From positions 1 to 64,000 of the forward strand of contig JANLSU010000106.1 of NCBI GenBank assembly GCA_031362565.1: DNA of 64,000 nt. The letters run 5' to 3'. The position numbers and the translations under genes were made by a program. The stretch comes from a bacterium (lineage in GTDB: Bacteria > Krumholzibacteriota > Krumholzibacteriia > G020349025). Below, one piece after another: positions 1 to 11,900 of the stretch. The notes below the pieces were generated by a model, which saw only the letters and a list, made by a program, of their open reading frames with translations, made no database searches and was not told the origin of the DNA. Each line of letters begins with the position of its first letter. Within the stretch, counting starts at the first letter, position 1.

Positions 1-56
1 GTCGCAGCGACCGTCACGACCAGCATCGCGATTGCGGCCCGCAACGGTACACGCAT
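1..56 (-). CDS. 5' end of a probable secreted protein, runs off the window
   Basis: ATG at 56 (minus) preceded by GAGGAGG RBS; reads MRVPLRAAIAMLVVTVAA, signal-peptide-like; open to the window edge. Confidence 0.6.
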   Translation of the reverse strand, partial: MRVPLRAAIAMLVVTVAA

Positions 57-297
57 GCAACCTCCTCAAAGCCTTGCCTGTCGGCTCGGCCGGTACACGA
101 GACGCCTGAGGGTGCAATTCTGAACCATTTGGATTGGCGACGCGACCCCAGCCTCGGGGGCGGCGGCCCAGGGCGGGCCGCCGCGGGTCGGCGCTCAGAA
201 GGGGCCCGGAATGTCGGGCTACACACGCAACACCCCCGCCCCCCCGGAATCACCCCGTATTCGGGCCCTCTTGAACCCTCCGAGGCGCGACCCCTGG

Positions 298-327
298 TTG
301 ACAGTGCAAGTGCCACAACCGTAAAGT
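298..327 (+). promoter_or_regulatory. sigma70-type promoter for the mutase operon
   Basis: TTGACA(298-303)-18 nt-TAAAGT(322-327), 65 nt upstream of the meaB ATG. Confidence 0.6.
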
Positions 328-392
328 GTTCCGCGAGTTCTGGGATTGCACCCGGCGGGCGCGTGAGGCACCCGCGGCGACCGGGAGCCCGA

Positions 393-1376
393 ATGGCGGA
401 ACACCTCGACGACCTGCTCCGCGCCTTCGACGCGGGCAGCAATCGTGCGGTCGGACGCCTGATCTCCATCGTCGAGAACCAGCGCCCGCTGGCGCCTGAG
501 GTGCTCGACCGGCTCTATGGGCGGCTTGGACGCGCGCGTCGCATCGGCATCACCGGGCCGCCCGGAGCCGGCAAGAGCACTCTCGTCGACCAATTGGTGC
601 AACGCTTCGTGACCCGCGGCCGCCGGGTCGGCGTGGTCGCGGTGGATCCCACGAGTCCGTTCACGGGTGGCGCATTGCTCGGCGACCGGATCCGCCTCGG
701 GAGCGTCGCCAACGACGCGCAGGTGTTCTTTCGAAGTCTCGCGACGCGCGGCAGCCTCGGAGGGCTTTCGCTGCACACCACGGAAGTCGTCGACGTGCTC
801 GATGCCTCGGGCTGCGACGAGGTGCTCATCGAGACCGTCGGAGTCGGCCAGTCCGAACTCGATATCGCCGAGAAGGCGCACACGACCGTCGTGGTGCTGG
901 TGCCGGAGTCCGGGGACGGCGTGCAAGTGATGAAGGCCGGCCTCATGGAGATCGCTGATGTCTTCGTGGTGAACAAAGCGGATCGTCCCGGGGCGTCGCA
1001 ACTGGCCGGCGAGATCGCCGGCATGTTGCATCTGAGGCCGGGCGGCGGCTGGCAGCCGCCGGTCTTGCAAACGCGCGCCAAGGACGGCGACGGCGTCGAC
1101 GGTCTCGTCGAGGCGCTGGATTCGCACCGGACCTGGCTCGATGCGAGCGGCACACTGGCTCTCAAACGCCGCCGCGCTCTCGAGTCACGGGTGCGGGATT
1201 CGGTTCTCGACCGGCTGGCGCACGACACGTTCGACGCGCCTGAAGTAGCGGCACTGCTCGCCGCCGGACTCGATGCGATCGAGCAAGGCACCGAGACACC
1301 GTACCGTTTGACGGCAAGCATTCTCGAAGCCGGCCGGCGGGGATTCGCCGGTCCGTCGTCCCGTTCCAAGGGGTGA
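393..1376 (+). CDS. meaB: acyl-CoA mutase-associated GTPase MeaB/ArgK
   Basis: [13 protein letters not shown]-loop, [31 protein letters not shown]; adjacent to mutase. Confidence 0.93.
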   Translation: MAEHLDDLLRAFDAGSNRAVGRLISIVENQRPLAPEVLDRLYGRLGRARRIGITGPPGAGKSTLVDQLVQRFVTRGRRVGVVAVDPTSPFTGGALLGDRIRLGSVANDAQVFFRSLATRGSLGGLSLHTTEVVDVLDASGCDEVLIETVGVGQSELDIAEKAHTTVVVLVPESGDGVQVMKAGLMEIADVFVVNKADRPGASQLAGEIAGMLHLRPGGGWQPPVLQTRAKDGDGVDGLVEALDSHRTWLDASGTLALKRRRALESRVRDSVLDRLAHDTFDAPEVAALLAAGLDAIEQGTETPYRLTASILEAGRRGFAGPSSRSKG

Positions 1377-1381
1377 GGCCC

Positions 1382-3052
<1,671 letters not shown>

Positions 3053-3112
3053 CCGCGCGCTGGACGATCGAACCAAAGGGCCCGGCGGGCCTTGCATGCA
3101 GGGGGAGAGTCG

Positions 3113-3544
3113 ATGAGCGCCGATCCGAAGGGTGAACGCATCCGAGTTCTGGTCGCGAAACCCGGGCTCGACGGCCACGACCGCGGCGCCAAGGTCGTCG
3201 CCAACGCGTTGCGTGATGCCGGCATGGAAGTCATCTACACGGGCCTGCACCAGACGCCGGAGATGATCGTCACTGCCGCCGTGCAAGAAGATGTCGACGT
3301 CGTGGCGATGTCGGTGTTGTCCGGCGCTCACATGACGCTCTTCCCGCGCGTCCTGCAGTTGCTCCGCGACCAGGGGGCCGGCGACATTCTGGTCACCGGC
3401 GGCGGCATCATGAACAAGGACGACATGGACGCCCTCGAAAAAATGGGCACCGGGCGGCTGTTCGGGTCGGGGGCTTCCACACAGGACGCCATCCAATACA
3501 TCCGCGGCGAGGTCGAGGCGCGCCGAACGCGCAAACCGAACTGA
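3113..3544 (+). CDS. acyl-CoA mutase small cobalamin-binding subunit
   Basis: [11 protein letters not shown] (DxHxxG), SVLSGAH, GGGI motifs; GGGGAG RBS. Confidence 0.93.
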   Translation: MSADPKGERIRVLVAKPGLDGHDRGAKVVANALRDAGMEVIYTGLHQTPEMIVTAAVQEDVDVVAMSVLSGAHMTLFPRVLQLLRDQGAGDILVTGGGIMNKDDMDALEKMGTGRLFGSGASTQDAIQYIRGEVEARRTRKPN

Positions 3545-3557
3545 GAAGGGATGGGGT

Positions 3558-4262
3558 GTGGCGGTGGACGTCCTGACGGCTGACGCTGCGGTAGCCCGCG
3601 TTTCGAATGGCGCCAGCATCCTCTTCGGTGGATTTGGATTGTGCGGGATTCCCGAGAATCTCATCAAGGCGCTCGCCCGGCACGGGGCCCGTGACTTGAC
3701 GGTCATCAGCAACAACGCCGGCGTGGCGGACTACGGCATCGGGCTCTTGCTCGCCAACAATCAGGTCCGCAAGATGATCGGGACCTACGTCGGCGAGAAC
3801 CCGCTGCTCGAAGGCATGATCCTGAACAAGAGTATCGAGATCGAGCTGGTGCCGCAGGGCACTTTCGCCGAGCGGATCCGGGCCGCCGGCGCCGGAATTC
3901 CCGCCTTTTTCACCCCCACTGGCGTCGGCACGGTGGTGGCCGACGGCAAGGAAACGCGCCAGTTCGACGGCCGCGAGTACGTGCTCGAGCGGGCTCTGGG
4001 TGCGGATTTCGCCTTCGTGAAGGCGTATCGCGGCGACCGGTTGGGCAACTTGGTCTACCGGCGCACGACGCGCAACTTCAACCCCATGATGGCGACCGCC
4101 GCCCGGACGACGATCGCCGAAGTGGAAGCGATCGTCGAACCTGGAGATCTCGACCCCGAGAACGTCATCACGCCGGGCATCTTCGTGGACGTTCTCGTGC
4201 GGGGGGAGGTCTATGAAAAGCGTATCGAAAAAAGAACGTATCGCGCAGCGGATCGCGCGTGA
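3558..4262 (+). CDS. scoA: family I 3-oxoacid CoA-transferase subunit A
   Basis: GGFGLCGIPENLI, SNNAG, PQGTFAERIRA, NFNPMMATA, C-terminal YEKRIEKRT. Confidence 0.9.
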   Translation: MAVDVLTADAAVARVSNGASILFGGFGLCGIPENLIKALARHGARDLTVISNNAGVADYGIGLLLANNQVRKMIGTYVGENPLLEGMILNKSIEIELVPQGTFAERIRAAGAGIPAFFTPTGVGTVVADGKETRQFDGREYVLERALGADFAFVKAYRGDRLGNLVYRRTTRNFNPMMATAARTTIAEVEAIVEPGDLDPENVITPGIFVDVLVRGEVYEKRIEKRTYRAADRA

Positions 4263-4872
4263 ATTGCGCGACGGCTACTACGTCAACCTCGGCATCGGCA
4301 TTCCGACCCTGGTCGCGAACTACGTGCCGCCGGGGATCCACGTCGTCTTTCACACCGAGAACGGTTTGCTCGGCATGGGTCCGTACCCCGCCGAAGCCGA
4401 TCTCGATCCGGATCTCATCAACGCCGGCAAGGAAACCGTGACCGCGATTCCGGGTGCCGCGTATTTTTCGAGCGCCGAGAGTTTCGCCATGGTGCGCGGC
4501 GGCCATCTGGATCTGTGCGTCTTGGGCGCCATGGAGGTCAGCGAGCACGGCGACGTCGCCAACTGGATGATTCCGGGCAAGATGGTCAAAGGGATGGGCG
4601 GTGCCATGGATCTCGTCGCCGGGTCACGGCGGACGGTGCTTGCCATGCAGCATGTCGGCCCGGATGGCGCGCCGAAACTGCTTCGCGAGTGCACGCTGCC
4701 GCTCACCGGCCGGCGCTGCACCGACATGGTCGTGACCGAGCTTGGCGTCATCCGCATTACCGAGCACGGCTTCGTGCTCCAGGAATACGCTCCCGAGACG
4801 ACACCGGAAGAAATCGCGCGCCAGACCGGTGCGCCGCTCGACATCCGGAACGCGCGTCCCATGGACTTGTAG
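4213..4872 (+). CDS. scoB: family I 3-oxoacid CoA-transferase subunit B
   Basis: VNLGIGIPT, TENG (catalytic Glu), GMGGAMDLV, CTLPLTG. Confidence 0.9.
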   Translation: MKSVSKKERIAQRIARELRDGYYVNLGIGIPTLVANYVPPGIHVVFHTENGLLGMGPYPAEADLDPDLINAGKETVTAIPGAAYFSSAESFAMVRGGHLDLCVLGAMEVSEHGDVANWMIPGKMVKGMGGAMDLVAGSRRTVLAMQHVGPDGAPKLLRECTLPLTGRRCTDMVVTELGVIRITEHGFVLQEYAPETTPEEIARQTGAPLDIRNARPMDL

Positions 4873-4874
4873 AG

Positions 4875-6053
4875 ATGGCGACCCGAATGGCTTTGCAGAG
4901 CGACGAACAGATCATGATTCGCGATTTGGTGCGCGAGTTCGCGGCGGCGGAAATCGCCCCGCTGGCGCCGCGTATCGATGCCGAGGGGCGCGTCCCCGAG
5001 GAACTTTGGCCAAAGCTCGCCGCCCTGAATCTGTTCGGGCTGACGTGTCCGGCGGATGCCGGCGGCGCGGGCGTCGACGCGGTGAGCTATGCGATCGCCA
5101 TCGAAGAGGTGGCGCGGGTGTGTGCCTCGACGGCGTTCATCCTGGTGACTCATAACTCGCTGGGTGTGGCGCCGGTCGTGGCGGCCGGCAGTGAAGCGCA
5201 GCGGCGGCGCTGGCTTGGACCGCTCGCCTCCGGGGCGCTACGAGCCGCATTCGCGCTCGCCGAGCAGGAGGCCGGCGGCAACGCGAGCGCGCTGCGGGCC
5301 AATGCGGTACGCGACGGCAACAAGTGGACGATCACCGGCGACAAGGTGCACGTGGCGTGTGCCGGACAAGCCGACGTCTTCTTGATCGCGGCGCGCATCG
5401 AGGCGGCAGCAGCGCCGGCGAATGTTGGCGTCTTCCTGATCGAAAAGACAGCGCCAGGGCTGGTCGTGGGCCCGGTCACGCCAACGCTGGGGCTGCGGGG
5501 TGCAGAGCTTGGATCGTTGCAATTGCGCGCCGTGACGGTGGACGACGAACATTTGTTGGGCGCGCCGGGTGAGGGGCTCGCGATTCTGGAGCGCGCCCTT
5601 GCCGGGGCGCGCATCGCGCTCGGGGCGCTTGCCGTTGGGATCGCTCAAGGCGCATTCGAACGCGCGCTGCGCTATTCCTGCGACCGGCCACAGTTCGGGC
5701 GCCGGATCGCCGAGCACCAGTCGGTGCAGGAGCGCCTCGCCGATGCCGCCGTCGAGACCCACGCGGCGCGGTTGACGGTCTATGATGCGGCGCAGCAGAT
5801 GGAAACCGGCGGGTCTGCGACGCGCGCCGCGGCCATGGCCCGTCTCTTCGCGACCGCGGTCGCGACCCGGGTCGCCGACCACGCGATCCAGCTCCACGGC
5901 GGCTACGGCTACGTGTCGGAATATCACGTCGAGCGTGCCTATCGCGACGCCCAGACTTGCGAAGCCGTGTACGGCTCGAATGACGTCCAGCGCATCGTGA
6001 TCGGGCGCGAATTGCTGCGCGAAGTCGATGCCGGCTGGAATCTACTGCACTAA
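4875..6053 (+). CDS. acyl-CoA dehydrogenase family protein with degenerate active site
   Basis: ACAD-fold motifs [21 protein letters not shown] retained; catalytic Glu positions substituted. Confidence 0.88.
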   Translation: MATRMALQSDEQIMIRDLVREFAAAEIAPLAPRIDAEGRVPEELWPKLAALNLFGLTCPADAGGAGVDAVSYAIAIEEVARVCASTAFILVTHNSLGVAPVVAAGSEAQRRRWLGPLASGALRAAFALAEQEAGGNASALRANAVRDGNKWTITGDKVHVACAGQADVFLIAARIEAAAAPANVGVFLIEKTAPGLVVGPVTPTLGLRGAELGSLQLRAVTVDDEHLLGAPGEGLAILERALAGARIALGALAVGIAQGAFERALRYSCDRPQFGRRIAEHQSVQERLADAAVETHAARLTVYDAAQQMETGGSATRAAAMARLFATAVATRVADHAIQLHGGYGYVSEYHVERAYRDAQTCEAVYGSNDVQRIVIGRELLREVDAGWNLLH

Positions 6054-6064
6054 AAGGGGGAGCC

Positions 6065-6934
6065 ATGGAGATCCGCAACGTCGCGGTGGTGGGCGCTGGA
6101 ACGATGGGCAACGGCATCGCGCAGGTGTTCGCGGTGTCGGGGTACCCGGTGGTGCTCATCGATGCGGCGCAGGCGGCGGTCGACCGGGCGACGGGGACGA
6201 TTCGCGACAGTCTCGAGCGCATGGTGAAGAAGGAAACGATCACCGCCGCAGGGCGCGATGCGGCGGCCGCCAACGTTCGCACCTCGACATCGCTGCGTGA
6301 CGCCGGCCGTTCGGACCTGGTGATCGAGGCCGTATTCGAGAGCTTGGACGTGAAGCGCGAGGTGTTTCAGGCCCTCGACGCCGCCTGTCCTGCCGGCACC
6401 ATCCTCGCATCCAACACGTCGTCGATTTCCATTACCGCGATTGCCGCTCTTACCGGGCGGCCGACCGACGTCGTCGGCATGCATTTCTTCAATCCCGTGC
6501 CGGTCATGAAACTCGTCGAGGTCATTCGCGGCCAGTCGACCTCCGACGCGACTTTTGAACTCGTGGAAGCGTTGGCCAAGAAACTCGGGAAAACACCGGT
6601 CGAAGTGCACGACTTCCCGGGGTTCGTGTCCAACCGGGTTCTCATGCCGATGATCAACGAAGCGGTCTATTGTCTGCAGGAGGGGGTCGCCGACCGGGAC
6701 GCCATCGACACGGTGATGAAGCTCGGAATGGCGCATCCGATGGGCCCGTTGACCCTTGCCGACTTCATCGGGCTCGACGTCTGCCTGCACATCATGAACG
6801 TGCTGCAGGAGGGTCTGGGCGACGACAAGTACCGCCCGTGTCCGCTTCTGAAGCGCATGGTGGCCGCCGGGCAACTCGGCCGCAAGACCGGCCGCGGCTT
6901 CTACGAATACCCGCCCATCGCGAAGGGCGCCTGA
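6065..6934 (+). CDS. hbd: 3-hydroxybutyryl-CoA dehydrogenase
   Basis: [42 protein letters not shown]. Confidence 0.93.
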   Translation: MEIRNVAVVGAGTMGNGIAQVFAVSGYPVVLIDAAQAAVDRATGTIRDSLERMVKKETITAAGRDAAAANVRTSTSLRDAGRSDLVIEAVFESLDVKREVFQALDAACPAGTILASNTSSISITAIAALTGRPTDVVGMHFFNPVPVMKLVEVIRGQSTSDATFELVEALAKKLGKTPVEVHDFPGFVSNRVLMPMINEAVYCLQEGVADRDAIDTVMKLGMAHPMGPLTLADFIGLDVCLHIMNVLQEGLGDDKYRPCPLLKRMVAAGQLGRKTGRGFYEYPPIAKGA

Positions 6935-6941
6935 TCCCACC

Positions 6942-7724
6942 GTGGAGCCGCTGGATCTGAAGATTCAGGACTCGGTCGCGTTGATCGAGTTCGGGGATCC
7001 GGCGAAGCGCAACCTCCTCACCGTACCGCTGCTCGAAGCCTTGCCGCTGGCAATTGCCGAAGCGGAAGTGCGGGGCGCGCGCGTCGTCGTGCTGCGCGGC
7101 AGAGGCGACGTGTGGAGCGGCGGCTACGACATCGGTGCGATTCCCGCCGACCTCTTCGATGTGGATCCGCGGGCGGCGCTCGAGCATCCGTTCGAACGCT
7201 GTATGCGCGCCGTTGAAGCGTGTGTCGTGCCGACGATCGCGGCGGTGAACGGCCATGCGATCGGCGGTGGCGTCGAACTTGCCGTGTCGTGTGACCTGCG
7301 CTGGGCACGCGCCGGCGCCAAGCTCGGCGTGACTGCGGCGCGTCTGGGGCTCGTCTATCCGCACTCCGGCCTCGCGAAATTCACGCGTCTTCTGGGTCCG
7401 GCCAATGCCCGCCGTCTGCTGTTCACCGGCGATCTCTTCGACACGGCCACCGCGGAACGCATGGGCCTCGTGGACCAGGTGGTCGCGGCCGGTGAATTCG
7501 ACGCCGAGGTCCGAGCCCTCGCGGCCCGCATCGCCGCCGCCGCGCCCATTGCCGTGCAGGGCATGAAGCAGGTCCTCCGGCGCCTCGAAGAAGGCACCCC
7601 GCTCGATGCGGCAGAAGTCGGCGACATCCTGCGCTTGCAGCAACGCTCCTTCGCGAGCGAGGACTTTCGCGAAGGCCGCGCGGCGTTCGCTGCAAAGCGT
7701 CCGCCGCGTTTCCGCGGGCGTTGA
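6942..7724 (+). CDS. enoyl-CoA hydratase/isomerase (crotonase) family protein
   Basis: WSGGYDI, AVNGHAIGGGVEL, EDFREG..AF..KRPP.F.G. Confidence 0.88.
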   Translation: MEPLDLKIQDSVALIEFGDPAKRNLLTVPLLEALPLAIAEAEVRGARVVVLRGRGDVWSGGYDIGAIPADLFDVDPRAALEHPFERCMRAVEACVVPTIAAVNGHAIGGGVELAVSCDLRWARAGAKLGVTAARLGLVYPHSGLAKFTRLLGPANARRLLFTGDLFDTATAERMGLVDQVVAAGEFDAEVRALAARIAAAAPIAVQGMKQVLRRLEEGTPLDAAEVGDILRLQQRSFASEDFREGRAAFAAKRPPRFRGR

Positions 7725-7731
7725 CCCAAGG

Positions 7732-8964
7732 ATGCCGGCGCTTCCCGAGGTTCGCGTCCATCGCCCCGGACGGGCGCTCGCGCTCATCGCCGTCGCGCAA
7801 GTGTTGGCCATGACGCTTTGGTTCTCGGCCACGGCGTGCCTGCCGTCGCTCCGCATCCTGTGGAATCTTTCGCCGTCGGCGAGCGCCTGGCTGACTGCCG
7901 CCGTGCAACTCGGTTTCGTGCTCGGCGCGCTGGTTTCCGCCGTCTTCAACCTTCCGGACCGGCTGCCGCCGCGGCGTTTGTTCGCCGGCGCGGCACTCCT
8001 GGGCGCGCTGCTCAACTTGCTCTTGGCGTGGGCGGCACAGGGAGCCGCGCTGGCACTCGTGTTGCGCTTCTTGACCGGCGTCTGCCTGGCGGGCGTCTAT
8101 CCGCCGGGGATGAAGATCGCCGCCGGACATGTCGACTCCAGCCGCCGTGGCATGGCGATCGGACTGGTCGTAGGTGCCCTGACGTTGGGCAGTGCGACGC
8201 CGCACCTCGTTGCGGCGCTCTTGGGCGATGCGCGCATGCCGCATCATTTGGTGCTGACAGTGTCGAGTGCCTTGGCGGTGGTGAGCGCTCTACTCGTTGG
8301 GCGTTTCGCCACCGATGGACCGTATGCGAGCCGTCCCGTGCCGTTCGATGTCCACGAAATCGGCCGGGTGCTGCGGAGCCGCGCCCTCCTGCTCGCCAAC
8401 CTCGGATACTTGGGCCACATGTGGGAGCTGTACGCACTCTGGTCGTGGCTCGCGGTGTTCTTGGCGGCGTCGATGCGCGGCAGCAGTCCCGCAGCACCGC
8501 GTCTGGTGGCTTTCTTCTGTATCGGAGTCGCCGGCAGCGCCGGGGCGATCGTCGCCGGCTGGGCCGCGGATCGCATCGGCCGAACCGCGGTGACCATGGC
8601 GGCGCTCTGCGTCTCAGGGGGGTGTTGTTTGCTGAGTGCGCTCTTCTACGGTGCACCGCTCTGGCTGCTCGTGTCATTCGGCGTCGTTTGGGGCGCGAGT
8701 GTGATCGCCGATTCGGCACAATTCTCGGCCTGCGTGACCGAACTCTCGGAGCCCGAATACATGGGCACGGCGCTGACGTTGCAGACGAGCCTCGGTTTCG
8801 CCCTGACGCTGATACCCATTTGGACATTGCCTTGGGTCGCGACCCACGCCGGCTGGCAATTCGCGTTTTGGATGCTGGCACCCGGCCCGCTCCTGGGAGC
8901 GTGGGCCATGGCGTCGCTGCGCCGCCATCCGGACGCCGTGCGCCTCGCGGCCGGCCGGCGTTGA
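7732..8964 (+). CDS. MFS transporter
   Basis: About 12 hydrophobic segments; G.AADRIGR motif A; GHMWELY, DSAQFSA. Confidence 0.85.
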   Translation: MPALPEVRVHRPGRALALIAVAQVLAMTLWFSATACLPSLRILWNLSPSASAWLTAAVQLGFVLGALVSAVFNLPDRLPPRRLFAGAALLGALLNLLLAWAAQGAALALVLRFLTGVCLAGVYPPGMKIAAGHVDSSRRGMAIGLVVGALTLGSATPHLVAALLGDARMPHHLVLTVSSALAVVSALLVGRFATDGPYASRPVPFDVHEIGRVLRSRALLLANLGYLGHMWELYALWSWLAVFLAASMRGSSPAAPRLVAFFCIGVAGSAGAIVAGWAADRIGRTAVTMAALCVSGGCCLLSALFYGAPLWLLVSFGVVWGASVIADSAQFSACVTELSEPEYMGTALTLQTSLGFALTLIPIWTLPWVATHAGWQFAFWMLAPGPLLGAWAMASLRRHPDAVRLAAGRR

Positions 8965-8976
8965 ACGCGGCAGTGT

Positions 8977-11900
8977 CTACTTGAGCAGCAGCAGTTTGCG
9001 GGTCAGTGTTTGCCCGGCAACTTGCAAACGGTAGAAGAACAAGCCGGATGAGACGCGATGGCCGTTGTCGTCGCGGCCGTCCCAGATTGCGCCGTGCACT
9101 CCGGGCGCCGCACTGCCGGCCACGAGCTGCCGCACCTGCCGTCCGGATGCATCGAAGATCACGAGCTGCACCCGCACCGCCGTGCCGGCACCGGCCGGAA
9201 TCCCGTACTGGATGCGCGTCGTCGGGTTGAAGGGGTTCGGGACGTTCTGCTCGAGGAACGCCACCTGCGGGGCGCGCGCCGCGACCGGATCGCCGCTTCC
9301 GGGCCCGGCGTCGGTCGGTTCATCGATGCGATAGCCGTACAGGCCGCTGCGTTGCGCGTCGTGTTTGAGCATCGGCCACTGTGCCGCCGCCCGGTTGTAG
9401 GGAACCGGGAAGTCCCAGATATAGAGGTTTTTGTCCCAGCCCATCAGCACGAGGTCGATGCCGCCGTCGCCGTCCACGTCCTCGGCGGTCGGGACGGAGC
9501 GGATGAAGTCACCGACCGTGAGTGGGAAGCCCGGCAGGCTCTGCCCGGTCCAGGTCCAGCCGTACAACAAACCGCCTTCGTTGCCGAACATAATGTCCGG
9601 TACGCCGTCGCCCGAGACGTCGGCGACGATCGGTGAGCTTTCCGACGTGAAGCCACCCGTGATGATCGGCCAGCCGGGCAGAGTTTGGCCTTGCGAGTTG
9701 AGGACCAGCAGCTGCGATTGCAGGGCATCGGCGTGATTGAACGCGACGACGATCTCCAAGAGGCCGTCGAAGTTGAAATCCGCCAGTGCCGGCGACGGGC
9801 ACTTGGGATTGCTCTTGACGGGCAGGCTGACCGGGAAGCCCGGCAGCTGATTGCCGGTCCTGGTGTTGTAGACGTTCACCGCGCCGCCTTCGGTGATGAA
9901 CACGACGTCCAGGATGCCGTCATGATTGATGTCTCCCACCGCGGTGTTGACGAACGCCGACGTACCGGCGGTCTTCGGGAAGGTGCCGACGTTGGTGCCG
10001 TCCGCATTCCAGATGTAGAGGGTTCCCGACTGGGCGCCGAAAATAATTTCCTTCTGCGGATCGCCGTCGACGTTGGCGAACGACGGCGAACAACGCATGT
10101 AGGTGCCGAGGCCCGACTTGAAAGCGGCCTGCGCGCCGACTGGCGTACCGTTGGGATGCCAGGCGTACAGATTGCCGTTCTTGGCCGGAGCCCACACCTC
10201 GGCGAGACCGTCGCCGTCGACATCCATCACCGCCGAATCACCCCAGTAGCCCTTCTGCGCGGTCGCGAAGTCGGGATTCTGCGGCCAACCCGGCAACATC
10301 GAACCATCGCCACGCACGATGAACGCTTTGTTGGAGTCGTCCCAACTCGTCACGAACACTTCGAGGCTGTGGCCGTTGCGGTTCATCTCGCCCAAGGCCA
10401 GCGCCCCGGTCACGATGTGAACTTCGGTCGCGAAGACGCCCCAGGTTTGCGGATCGCTGTCGTCATCAAGTACTTCGATGCCGTTCGCGGACCAGGCGTA
10501 CAAGTGGTCGTTGCCGGCGACGATTTCCTTGCTGCCATCGCCGTTGATGTCACCCACCGCCGCCGAACAGGAACTGGTCGAGCCCAGTCCGATCGGCCAG
10601 CCGGCGAGTTGTGCCGGGTTGGTGTTGATGCTGGCGATCGCCGACGGGGCGCTCTCGTTGCCGGAGCTGTCGACCGCCGTCGTGCAATAGTAGTAGCGGG
10701 TGCTCGGGGTGAGGCCGGTATTCCGCAGGTACGCGGTCCGTCCCAGGCAGTCGAGGGTGACGCGGGCCCACGGTGCGAGGCCGGTTGTCGAACGATAGAC
10801 GTGATAGCCGCCGAGGTCGGCCTCCGCATTGGGAAACCACCGCAGCTCGATGACGTTGGCGCCGCTGCTGGCGTCGAGGACCGGCGCTGCCGGCGGAGCC
10901 GGACCGCGCAACGTGATGCGCGACGTCAGGACGCGGGCCCGGCTGTCGGTGAGGGCCATCGTCAGTAGATTTTCGGCGAGGCTGTTTTCCTTGAGCCGGA
11001 AACGCGTCGCGCCGGCCAGCTCCTGCATCGAATTGGCGCGGCCATAGGCGACCAGGCTGGTGGTGAGCACCACGTCCGGGTCGGAGGACGTGAGTGTGGC
11101 GCTGAGGCCGTCCGCCGCGCCGGTACCGTAATTCTTGTAGTACGCCACCAAATCGAACACTTCGCCTGCTTGGATGACGCCGTCGTTGTTGCCGGTCACC
11201 GAGTCGTCGACATCGAGCAGTGACAGCTTCATCTTGGGGGCGTGCACCACCCGGTTGACGACGTCGGTCCACGTGGACGTACCGCTCGTGGTCACGAAGG
11301 TGAGCGGCAGCACCGTGCCGTCCGGGGTGTTCGCCGCGGCGGTAAAACGCACCGAGTTGGTGAACGATCGCGTCGTGCCGGCGGAAATGCTGGACAATGA
11401 ATACGTGCTGTCGCCGACCGAGGCCCAGGCGCTGGGGATTCGCAACTTGCCGCTCGGCGACGATGCCGACGCATTGCCGCTGTTCAGGAACGTGCCCGAG
11501 AGTTCGATCGTTTCGCCTGCGTCGATGACGCCGTCGCTGTTGCCGTTCGAGTTGCCGGCGAGGTTGTCGTCGACGGTCAGGCTCTGATTGCTGACGTAGG
11601 CGCCGGCCGTCGCGGTCACGGCGATGGTGCCGAGGAACGTCGTCATGTTCTGGCCGCTGACCGTCACTTGCACGCTGCCCGCCGACTCGGCACGGAACGG
11701 CAGAACCGCGTCGCCGCTGACATTCGTGGTGCCGAACTGATATTCCTCGGTGCCTTTCTGCAGGCAGACGAGCGCCCCCTGCCGGGACGTGCCGCCCACC
11801 GTGACGTGAACCGTGATGTTCCCCAGTCCGAGCCCGATGCTCGACGGAGCCGTGACCGCGGTCACACCCAAAGTGCACGTATGGAACACCAGTTCCGGAT

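Noticed and set aside
57..392. Cobalamin riboswitch upstream of the B12 mutase operon; GC hairpin at 160-184
   Set aside because: No B12-box or GGGAA/GCCACTG core seen; the hairpin lies upstream of the predicted promoter and has no U-tract
9400..10600. Recurrent GCCGTCG/GTCGCCG-like DNA motifs as a possible repeat array or CRISPR
   Set aside because: Explained by DxxGDG protein repeats; no constant-length repeat-spacer pattern and no cas genes
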